DNA of 18,846 nt. Origin: Verrucomicrobiota bacterium (GTDB lineage Bacteria; Verrucomicrobiota; Verrucomicrobiia; Chthoniobacterales; UBA6821). The notes under the pieces were generated by a model. That model was not told where the DNA came from. It saw nothing but the letters and a program-made list of their open reading frames with translations, and searched no databases. The stretch lies in assembly GCA_008932965.1 (NCBI GenBank), contig WBXG01000033.1, positions 1-18,846 of the forward strand, in the 5' to 3' direction. Every line of letters starts with the position of its first letter. Positions within the stretch are counted from its first letter, which is position 1. This document shows, in pieces, positions 7,298 to 14,468 of this stretch. The position numbers and the translations under genes are program-made.

Positions 7298-7456
7298 TTA
7301 TCCCTATTTCAAAATAAAAATAGAGATGTAAAAGTTGGAGTGAATTTTATAATACATCCACTAATGAAGGAGCCAAATTTTTTTAGCAATGACTTCCGTA
7401 GCATTCATCGGACTTCTCAATTTCCACAGATGATTAGTATGAAATACTCGGGTTCA
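7298..7456 (+). repeat. Copy of the repeat family (about 159 bp) filling the whole dacA-like/helicase spacer and overlapping the dacA-like 3' end
   Basis: The right terminus GATTAGTATGAAATACTCGGGTTCA (7432-7456) is a strong match to the R terminus GATCAGCATGAAATATCCGGGTTAA. The subterminal GCATTCATCGGACTTCTC resembles GCCTTCATGGCCTCCTC of the 11540 copy. The left terminus TTATCCCTATTTCAAAAT (7298-) matches the consensus only if a 3-nt gap is allowed, so the left boundary is less certain. Confidence 0.55.
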
Positions 7457-8360
7457 TCTCATTACCTGAAGAGGGGTGAGTTTTTCGATGTTTTCTGGAG
7501 TGATGTTTTTTAGGAGTGGCAGTTTGTGAGCTGCGAGGCCGATTTTTGACATAATGGACAACCTTTTTAACAACCGGGATATTTAAGGCCCATGCAAGTA
7601 AATCAGCAGAATCGCTAAAAAGTTGATTGCGATTAGGAGTTCCTAAAATCACTGTGATGGCATCACGGCCTTGGTAAGAGCCACTGGTAATAAGGCAATG
7701 CTTACTTTTATCTGTATAGCCCGTTTTCATCCCATTACAAAAGGAATTGTTGTCCATTGTATGGTTGGTGTTTTTAAGCATAACAACGTTTCCATTTGCA
7801 TAGTGAAAGGGATAATATTTTGTAGCGATGATGGATCTTAATTTAGGATTGTGATAAACGGCCATAGCAATCTTAGCCATATCCAAGGCCGTGGAATATT
7901 GATCTGCAGGAAGCCCATTGGGATTCGCAAAATGAGATGAGTGAGCTCCGAGTTCTTCGGCTTTTTGATTCATCATCACGGCGAAATTCTCAATGGAGCC
8001 TGCTTGATCCCGTGCAAGAACACGAGCTACATCGTTTTCACTCTTAATAAGAAGTGCATTAAGAAGTTCTTCTCGAGTATAACTATCTCCAGGTTTGAGA
8101 TTGAGCATTGTTGGTTCTGTTTTTTCATCAATGGGAAGAATCGTGACATAACGATTAAGGTTTCCATTTTCAGCAACAATGAGCGCTGTTAAGATTTTTT
8201 GAGTGCTCCCTACAGTTCTTCGTTCGTTCGGGTTTCTAGAGTATAAAAGTGCACCATTATCAGCATCGATAACAACAACTGAGGCACCTTGAACATTCGG
8301 TGGTGGAACTGCTGCTGTGCAGGTGGCTACGAAAACAAAAAAAAAGAGGATGAGGTTCAT
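7434..8360 (-). CDS. D-alanyl-D-alanine carboxypeptidase (peptidase S11, PBP5/6-like low-MW PBP)
   Basis: It has SxxK (STQKILTA), SxN (SEND) and KTG (KTGYT) in the correct order and spacing. The preferred start is Met11 (ATG at 8360, MNLILFFFVFVATCTAAV, a signal peptide). The track start at 8390 lies in a TIR-like remnant. The last 6 codons and the stop (NPSISY*) are encoded by the repeat terminus. Confidence 0.85.
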   Translation of the reverse strand: MNLILFFFVFVATCTAAVPPPNVQGASVVVIDADNGALLYSRNPNERRTVGSTQKILTALIVAENGNLNRYVTILPIDEKTEPTMLNLKPGDSYTREELLNALLIKSENDVARVLARDQAGSIENFAVMMNQKAEELGAHSSHFANPNGLPADQYSTALDMAKIAMAVYHNPKLRSIIATKYYPFHYANGNVVMLKNTNHTMDNNSFCNGMKTGYTDKSKHCLITSGSYQGRDAITVILGTPNRNQLFSDSADLLAWALNIPVVKKVVHYVKNRPRSSQTATPKKHHSRKHRKTHPSSGNEMNPSISY

Positions 8361-8472
8361 GGTAAAGCAACCGTTTGGTGGATATTTCATCGATAGTTCA
8401 CGTACTTCATTCTTTGAAAACGGACATTTTTTGAATAAGAGATGACATTGAGCTCCTCAACCCAAACTGCTC

Positions 8473-8541
8473 GAACCTGGATATTTCATACTGATCTACT
8501 GCGGCTTCTTCGTCACGATTAGTAGGAAATATTCAAATTAA
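8473..8541 (+). repeat. Miniature (about 69 bp) internal-deletion derivative of the repeat family
   Basis: GAACCTGGATATTTCATACTGATCTACTGCGGCTT|CTTCGTCACGATTAGTAGGAAATATTCAAATTAA. The L-arm (..CTACTGCGGCTT) is fused directly to the R-arm (CTTCGTCACGAT..). The termini form an imperfect inverted repeat. Confidence 0.75.
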
Positions 8542-8629
8542 GCAAAGCTCCTCAAAGAGGTTTTGGAAATAGGACCGCAGGTGATGGGAGGAAATGTAGG
8601 GTGGGAGTGCTTGTTTGGTCAAGTATGCT

Positions 8630-8800
8630 TTAACCCGGATATTTCGTACTAAATCTATTGCAGCTTGTGGAAGGCATATTGTACCCTTTTCATATAGTAA
8701 TCGGACTATTGTGGCTTATTTTTTGGTCCCCAGCTGCATTGTCATAGCTTGCATCATGGTACGCTTAGCGTCTTGCTCGTCTACCATGCTAGAAACCAAA
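8630..8800 (+). repeat. Partial or degenerate copy of the repeat family in the 5' region of the GH63-like gene
   Basis: The left terminus is strong: TTAACCCGGATATTTCGTACTAAATCTATTGCAGCTTGTGGAAGGC. Internal GCTTAGCGTCTTGCTCGTCTACC resembles GCGTTAGACTCTC / GCGTTGACTTGCTCGCTTTCGCTCGTCTCGCC of other copies. I recognise no R terminus, so the right boundary is approximate. Confidence 0.5.
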
Positions 8801-8881
8801 ATTTCAGAGCTCCATCGTCTCACTATTTAATAGATAGGGAATGAGTGATCATACTCATTTTTACGAGTTCAATCATAGTTT

Positions 8882-11542
8882 ATGGAAAAAAACCCAGAAT
8901 CAGTACGTATCCAGGAAAGAGATGAAAATCTCATTGATTGGAGGCTTTGGGGGTCTTATTTGAGTGATCGCCAATGGGGAACAGTTCGTGAGGATTATTC
9001 TGCTAATGGAGATGCTTGGTCTTACTTTCCCTTTGATCATGCTCCTATGCGTGTCTATCGGTGGGGAGAGGATGGCCTTCTTGGAATTTCGGATAGTGAC
9101 AATCGTCTTTGTTTTGCTCCAGTTTTTTGGAATGGAAAAGACCCTATACTCAAAGAGCGCCCTTTTGGTCTTTCAAATTTGCAGGGAAATCACGGTGAGG
9201 ATGTAAAAGATTATTTTTATCATTTAGAAAATAGTCCTTCACACTCTTTTATGAGCGGTCTGTATAAATATCCACAAACTGCTTTCCCTTATCAACAGGT
9301 GATTGAGGAAAATAAAAAACGCTCTCGAGAGGAACCAGAGTATGAATTAGTCGATACTGGAATTTTCAATGAAGGGCGTTATTTTGATATTTTTGTAGAA
9401 TATGCTAAAGAGCACTTTGATGATCTCTGTATTAGGATTAGAGCTATTAATCGAGGTCCGGATTCAGCTCCCCTTTATATTTTACCGACTCTTTGGTTTC
9501 GTAATGTTTGGTCTTGGGGAGAGAAGGATGCGATAAAGCCAGTGATGTATCTCGATGAGAAATGCATTGTAGCTCAACCATGGGGTCTTCCAGAGTACCG
9601 TCTTTTTTTTGATGAAGAACCATCAGAAGTGCTTTTCACCGATAATGAAACAAATCAGGAAAAAGTTTTTAACACTAAAAATGTTGCCCCCTATTTGAAA
9701 GATGCTTTTCACGAGTATCTCATCAAAAATCATAAGGAGGCCATTAATCCTAATCAAAAAGGAACTAAAGCTACTCCTCTCTATCATAAAATGCTGGCCC
9801 CTGGAGAAGAATGGACCCTCCAATTACGTCTCTGTGCAAAAAAAACTTTGGAGGAGACCTCCTCTCAAGAACATTTTGGAGCTTCCTTTAAAAAAACATT
9901 AGAACTGCGAGAAGAGGAATGCCTTAGCTACTATCGTATGCTCACTCCAGGACTTAGCGAAGAGCTCTTCTTGATTCAACGCAGAGCTCTTGCTGGTTTG
10001 CTATGGTGTAAAAAATTTTATTACTATCCAGTCATAGACTGGCTGCGTGGTGATCCTACAATGCCATTACCACCTGCGGCTCGCTGGAAAGGTCGGAATG
10101 CTTTTTGGAAGGAACTGCATGCCCATGATATTATCTCGATGCCAGACTCATGGGAGTACCCTTATTTTTGTAGTTGGGATTTAATGTTTCAATCTGTTGC
10201 CCTAGCTGTGGTTGATCCTGCTATGGCAAAAAAGCAAAATATGCTACTTCGTGGAGAACGCTACACAGCACCAAATGCACAAGCTCCCTCCTATGAGTGG
10301 TCCTTTTCAGATTCTACTCCGCCCATTGATGCTTGGGCGACATGGAGGATCTATACGATTGAACGAGGCCGAACCGGCAAAGGTGATGACGCCTATTTAA
10401 GAAAAGCTTTTAATAAGCTCCTATTGACCTATGCATGGTGGAGCAACCGAGTAGATGCTACCGGTGATAATGTTTTTGCAGGTGGTTTCTTGGGCTTGGA
10501 TAACATCAGTGTTTTTGATCGTCGTTATAATTTGGAAGATGGAAGTAAAATCATGCAAAGCGATGGAACCGCATGGATGTCGATGTTTTGCTTGAATATG
10601 CTCAATATTGCTCTTGAGCTGGCAAAAAAAGATCCAGAATACGAGCATGTTGCTGACAAATTTTTAAGTGATTTTGTCTATTTGGCTGCTGCCACTAATA
10701 ATATAGGTAATGAAGGCTATAGCCTCTGGAACCATGAGGATGGATTTTATTACGATGTCATTAAGCGCTCTAATGGCTCTTCTGAGCACCTTAAAGTTCG
10801 TTCTGTAGTTGGTTTAACACCACTTTTTTCAGTAGAAAGTTTTGATTCTGCTACAGTAAGACGATTTGAAATTCTTTTAAAACGCTTTGATTGGTTCCGA
10901 CATCATCGTCCTGAACTGATGTTTCAATTAGAGCATTTGAAAAAAATTAACAATGGTCGAATGATGATTTCATTAGTTCCTCCAGACCGTCTGAAACGTC
11001 TTTGCACACGTCTTTTTGATGAGGAGGAGTTTCTCTCCCCTTATGGCATTAGAGCTCTTTCACGCTATTACAAAGATCATCCGTATACTTTTACTGAGGG
11101 AAGTGAAAGCGCTACGATAACCTATAATCCTGGGGAAAGTAACACAGCGATGTTTGGAGGGAACTCTAACTGGCGTGGACCTGTTTGGATGCCCATGAAC
11201 ATGCTTATTATCGAGTCTCTTCAAAAATTCGCTTTCTATTACGGAGATAGTTTTAAGGTCGAATTTCCAACAAGAAGTGGTCGCTTGATGAATCTATGGG
11301 ATATCTCACTTGAATTGGAGCATCGATTGGTGAGCATTTTTACAAAAGATAAAAACGGCAATCGTCCATTTAATGGTAATAATGATCTCTTTAAAAAAGA
11401 TCCTTATTGGAATGATCAGATCTGTTTTCATGAATATTTTCATGGTGATACGGCTGTTGGTCTTGGTGCAAGCCATCAGACTGGATGGACAGCACTCATT
11501 GCTAAGGTCATTCGACAAACGAGTGAATTAGGAAAAAGGTAA
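8882..11542 (+). CDS. GH63-like (MGH1-like / mannosyl-oligosaccharide glucosidase-related) glycoside hydrolase
   Basis: 886 aa. The N-terminal block WRLWGSYLSDRQWGTVREDYSANGDAWSYFPFDHAPMRVYRWGEDGLLGISD...FWNGKDPILKERPFGLSNLQGNHGEDVKDYFYHLENSPSHSFMSGLYKYPQ is what I recall for the widespread roughly 890-aa bacterial 'glucosidase' family with an (alpha/alpha)6 GH63-type C-terminal domain. The substrate is not inferable. Confidence 0.75.
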   Translation: MEKNPESVRIQERDENLIDWRLWGSYLSDRQWGTVREDYSANGDAWSYFPFDHAPMRVYRWGEDGLLGISDSDNRLCFAPVFWNGKDPILKERPFGLSNLQGNHGEDVKDYFYHLENSPSHSFMSGLYKYPQTAFPYQQVIEENKKRSREEPEYELVDTGIFNEGRYFDIFVEYAKEHFDDLCIRIRAINRGPDSAPLYILPTLWFRNVWSWGEKDAIKPVMYLDEKCIVAQPWGLPEYRLFFDEEPSEVLFTDNETNQEKVFNTKNVAPYLKDAFHEYLIKNHKEAINPNQKGTKATPLYHKMLAPGEEWTLQLRLCAKKTLEETSSQEHFGASFKKTLELREEECLSYYRMLTPGLSEELFLIQRRALAGLLWCKKFYYYPVIDWLRGDPTMPLPPAARWKGRNAFWKELHAHDIISMPDSWEYPYFCSWDLMFQSVALAVVDPAMAKKQNMLLRGERYTAPNAQAPSYEWSFSDSTPPIDAWATWRIYTIERGRTGKGDDAYLRKAFNKLLLTYAWWSNRVDATGDNVFAGGFLGLDNISVFDRRYNLEDGSKIMQSDGTAWMSMFCLNMLNIALELAKKDPEYEHVADKFLSDFVYLAAATNNIGNEGYSLWNHEDGFYYDVIKRSNGSSEHLKVRSVVGLTPLFSVESFDSATVRRFEILLKRFDWFRHHRPELMFQLEHLKKINNGRMMISLVPPDRLKRLCTRLFDEEEFLSPYGIRALSRYYKDHPYTFTEGSESATITYNPGESNTAMFGGNSNWRGPVWMPMNMLIIESLQKFAFYYGDSFKVEFPTRSGRLMNLWDISLELEHRLVSIFTKDKNGNRPFNGNNDLFKKDPYWNDQICFHEYFHGDTAVGLGASHQTGWTALIAKVIRQTSELGKR

Positions 11543-11723
11543 CTGGGATATTTCATTCTCAATCACTTGCGTAAGCCGGGAAGCAAGGGTGGATGCTGCG
11601 TTAGACTCTCATTTTGATTTGGGCGGTATGAAACATACAGCCCTGCATCAAAATGCTTGCCTGCCTTACCCCATCAGCCTTCATGGCCTCCTCGTCACGA
11701 TCAGCATGAAATATCCGGGTTAA
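11540..11723 (+). repeat. Intact full-length (184 bp) copy of the repeat family occupying the entire convergent spacer between the GH63-like gene and fsr
   Basis: The termini are TAACTGGGATATTTCATTCTCAATC (left) and GATCAGCATGAAATATCCGGGTTAA (right). The internal motif is GGGCGGTATGAAACATACAGCC. The left terminal TAA is the GH63 stop codon. The right 23 nt encode the last 7 codons and the TGA stop of fsr. Confidence 0.85.
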
Positions 11724-13206
11724 CTTTTTTTGTACTTGGTAAAAAAGCTGTTAAAAGTCCAAGGAGTGGAAGCATGGAGCAAACTTTAAAAACAAAGCTA
11801 ATGCTGGTTGCATCCGCAAGAGCCCCAAGAGAAACGGATCCTAATCCTCCCATTCCAAAAGCGAGCCCAAAGAAGAGACCGGAAACCATTCCCACATTAC
11901 CTGGAATAAGTTCTTGAGCATAAACCAAAATAGCTGAAAAAGCAGAAGCAATGATCACACCAATGATCACACTGAGCACAGCAACCCAAAAAAGGGAGGC
12001 ATATGGTAGCAGAAGAGAGAAGGGTGCAGCTCCTAAAATAGAGACCCAAATGACTTTTTTGCGACCGATACGATCTCCCCAAGGTCCACCTATGAGGGTT
12101 CCCATTGCTACAGAAACAAGAAGAAGAAAGAGAAAATATTGAGATTGAGCAATCGAGAGATGAAATTTTTTTATTAAGAAAAAGGTGTAATAACTGAGCA
12201 TGCTTTCCAAATAAAAATATTTTGAAAAAATTAAAATGACTAATATCACTATAGCGAAAATCCGTCGTCGTGATGAGATGTGTTTATAGCTGGCTTGAGC
12301 AGTAGCTTTGCTAGCAAGCCTGTGGGTGTTTTGAGAAAACCAAGCTCCAATTTTCCCTAAAATAAGAATTCCTCCAAAAATAAAAAAACTCAGCCAAAGA
12401 ATCTGAAAACGACCATGAGGAACAATAAAAACAGCAATGAGAAGAGGGCCAAGAGAGGTTCCTGTATTTCCTCCAACCTGAAATAGTGACTGAGCTAGAC
12501 CATTTTTTCCACCGGAGGCCATATGAGCAATGCGTGAGGCTTCAGGGTGAAAAATGGCAGCTCCAAATCCGATGCAGGCAGCTGCCATGAGCAGATAATA
12601 ATAACTTCCAACAGTTGCCAAAAGAATAAGCCCGATAAGAGTGAAGCCCATTCCAAGCGGTAAAGCATAAGGTTTTGGGTATCGATCGGTATAGAATCCA
12701 ACAATAGGTTGAAACAAAGATCCTACCGATTTAAGTGTTAAGTTAATGCATCCAATTTGAAAAAAATTCAGTTGAAATGATTTTTTTAAAAGTGGATAGA
12801 GGGCTGGAACTGAAGATTGTATTAGGTCAGTAAGCAAGTGACATGAGGAGAGGGCTGCTAAGAGAAGAAAAGCAGTATTCTGGTTTTTTTTGTACTCCTC
12901 TAGCCCGGATGTTTTACATTGATCACCTGCAGAAACCGGAAAGTCAGATGGATGCTTCGGTGAGCTCGTAGTCTTCTTTGAGTAGTCTGTGCTAGCAATT
13001 ATGTTGTCAGAATTTATTGTCTGCGTTGACTTGCTCGCTTTCGCTCGTCTCGCCCTTTCAGGGCTACCTAAAAGCAGTCTCCCCCGCGGTCTCCCGAACG
13101 CCGGTGGTGCCCCATCAGCCTTTACAATCTCCTTGTCACGATCGGCGTGAAATATCTGGGCTGGCGTATTGGAATCTTGAGAATGGGGGCTTTTAGGGGA
13201 ATTCAT
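11701..13206 (-). CDS. fsr: Fsr-family (fosmidomycin-resistance-type) MFS transporter carrying a repeat-derived N-terminal extension
   Basis: From TAFLLLAALSSCHLLTDLIQS onward it is colinear with E. coli Fsr as I recall it (FHPE(A/S)SR, ASGG.NGLAQS.FQVGGN, SAILVYAQEL.PG..GMVSGLFFG.AFGMGG). The roughly 103 aa preceding that block have no Fsr counterpart, and residues ~15-103 are encoded by a 265-bp repeat copy. The only in-frame ATG, GTG or TTG upstream of TM1 is the ATG at 13206. Confidence 0.8.
   Translation of the reverse strand: MNSPKSPHSQDSNTPAQIFHADRDKEIVKADGAPPAFGRPRGRLLLGSPERARRAKASKSTQTINSDNIIASTDYSKKTTSSPKHPSDFPVSAGDQCKTSGLEEYKKNQNTAFLLLAALSSCHLLTDLIQSSVPALYPLLKKSFQLNFFQIGCINLTLKSVGSLFQPIVGFYTDRYPKPYALPLGMGFTLIGLILLATVGSYYYLLMAAACIGFGAAIFHPEASRIAHMASGGKNGLAQSLFQVGGNTGTSLGPLLIAVFIVPHGRFQILWLSFFIFGGILILGKIGAWFSQNTHRLASKATAQASYKHISSRRRIFAIVILVILIFSKYFYLESMLSYYTFFLIKKFHLSIAQSQYFLFLLLVSVAMGTLIGGPWGDRIGRKKVIWVSILGAAPFSLLLPYASLFWVAVLSVIIGVIIASAFSAILVYAQELIPGNVGMVSGLFFGLAFGMGGLGSVSLGALADATSISFVFKVCSMLPLLGLLTAFLPSTKKVNPDISC
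12900..13164 (+). repeat. Full-length (265 bp) repeat copy embedded in the 5' part of the fsr reading frame
   Basis: The termini are CTAGCCCGGATGTTTTACATTGATC (12900-) and GATCGGCGTGAAATATCTGGGCTGG (-13164). The R-arm CCCCATCAGCCTTTACAATCTCCTTGTCACGATCGGCGTGAAATATC aligns with CCCCATCAGCCTTCATGGCCTCCTCGTCACGATCAGCATGAAATATC of the 11540 copy. Internal GATGGATGCTTCGGTGAGCTC resembles GGTGGATGCTGCGTTAGACTC. Confidence 0.8.
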
Positions 13207-13309
13207 TTTTCAAGTGATTAAAATAGCACTTAAAAAGAAAAATTCATGTTTTTTTTAGATAATATAACTCACTCCATTCTTCTCGATTTACGTATTCCTA
13301 AAATTAAAG

Positions 13310-14467
13310 TTAGGATTTAAAAAATGAATCACGGCTTGCCACAAGTTTAATAATGAGTTGAGTAAGGTGAAGAGATTCTGCTCGCTGACCTCGCATTAAT
13401 CGTGCATTGCAGTCGCGACACAATAAAAAACCTTGAATCAATTCCTCAGATTGAAAAGCATGGGCCTGCATTGCAGCTAACCCCAGGCCATAAAAATTAA
13501 TCGTACCATCTTTTTTTCTAGGAAGGTGCATGACTTCATGAGGTGGGAGTTTTTGTAATGTTGATGAAAAAAATGCTGCTTTGGCAGGTGCTTTCAACTG
13601 GTGACGTGTCATGAGATCTTTAACGAGAAGAAGGTTTCTAACCGTGGGTACGATCGCTGCGAGAAGAAGGCCCATTGCTGATTCGCCTTGAGATAAAAGT
13701 TGTTGAAGGGTATTAAGAGCAAGGGGTAAATTGCGTTCGCCAATCGCATTACTTAAGTCAAAGATCCCTCCAGTTCGTGTTAATGGAACAAGAGATTGGA
13801 CAAGTTTTTTTGTAATGCGCTTTTCCGCCCCTGCAGCAGTGACGAGTTTGACTAGTTCAATTTCTATTTGTCCTGAGTTGGTTCCAATATGGGCTGCAAG
13901 CAATTGAGCAGCATCCATGTCTAATTCAATATTACGATGCTGTGCGCGTTGAATAACCCAATTAACAATATCATTCTCCGTTGCATGAAAGCCAAAGTCA
14001 GGCTTATCGCAGAGTAGGACCTTAGCAAGAGAGGAGAATTTCTTGTAAAAAGAGCGTCTTTTGTCGGGCTCTGGAGCACTTATTAAAAGAGTAATTCCAG
14101 GTGAGATACCATCTTGAAGCACTATCAATAATTCTTCTAAAGCTGCTTGAACAGATTCAGATCGTCCGGCTGGAGTATCTTTAAGGCAGGTGATATTTTT
14201 TAACCAAACTAATTTTCCTCCTGGAGAAAACGGGAAGGTCAATATCGCCTGAATGGTTTTTTCTAGAGCTTGGACTGCTTGATCAACGGTATCATTGATC
14301 ATTTCAATTATTTCTAAGCCAAAAGCATCATGGGGGTCAGGTGCTAGCTCTAAGGCTTTTTCCTGGGCTTTAAGACGTACCTCTGCTTCGTCATTTCCTG
14401 TCACAAAGTGGATGTAATGAGGTGTGGGAAGAGAGGGATCCTGAGAAAATCGAGATTTCATCACCAT
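13310..14467 (-). CDS. holA: DNA polymerase III delta subunit (HolA)
   Basis: 385 aa. It has the HolA-like layout: an N-terminal YIHFVTGNDEAEV..., a middle ...LLISAPEPDKRRSFYKKFSSLAKVL, and a C-terminal domain IFDLSNAIGERNLPLALNTLQQLLSQGESAMGLLLAAIVPTVRNLLLVKDL. The start ATG is 1 nt from the uvrB stop, which indicates an operon. Confidence 0.7.
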   Translation of the reverse strand: MVMKSRFSQDPSLPTPHYIHFVTGNDEAEVRLKAQEKALELAPDPHDAFGLEIIEMINDTVDQAVQALEKTIQAILTFPFSPGGKLVWLKNITCLKDTPAGRSESVQAALEELLIVLQDGISPGITLLISAPEPDKRRSFYKKFSSLAKVLLCDKPDFGFHATENDIVNWVIQRAQHRNIELDMDAAQLLAAHIGTNSGQIEIELVKLVTAAGAEKRITKKLVQSLVPLTRTGGIFDLSNAIGERNLPLALNTLQQLLSQGESAMGLLLAAIVPTVRNLLLVKDLMTRHQLKAPAKAAFFSSTLQKLPPHEVMHLPRKKDGTINFYGLGLAAMQAHAFQSEELIQGFLLCRDCNARLMRGQRAESLHLTQLIIKLVASRDSFFKS

Positions 14468-14468
14468 G

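Noticed and set aside
7304-7323. CTATTT-N8-AAATAG hairpin as a dacA terminator
   Set aside because: It is a 6-bp all-AT-rich stem with no downstream T-run on the minus strand. It lies within the degenerate left arm of the repeat copy and is too weak to call.
8615-8830. 71-aa plus-strand ORF upstream of the GH63-like gene
   Set aside because: Its N-terminal half (LTRIFRTKSIAACGRHIV) is the translated left arm of the repeat copy at 8630. There is no ribosome-binding site or homology.
11657-11917. 86-aa plus-strand ORF
   Set aside because: It starts inside the 11540-11723 repeat (..RHDQHEISGLT..) and then runs antisense to the well-supported fsr CDS.
887-13164. Possibility that the recurring motif of about 25 nt is a CRISPR array
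   Set aside because: The motif occurs as inverted pairs that bound homologous internal sequence. Copies are dispersed over 12 kb with irregular spacing and lie between or inside unrelated genes. There is no direct-repeat and spacer periodicity.
13207-13309. Promoter for fsr or a repeat copy in the AT-rich holA/fsr spacer
   Set aside because: There is no TIR-like sequence. Several TATA-like hexamers occur, but none has a convincing -35 partner at a 16-18 nt spacing, which is expected by chance in AT-rich DNA.
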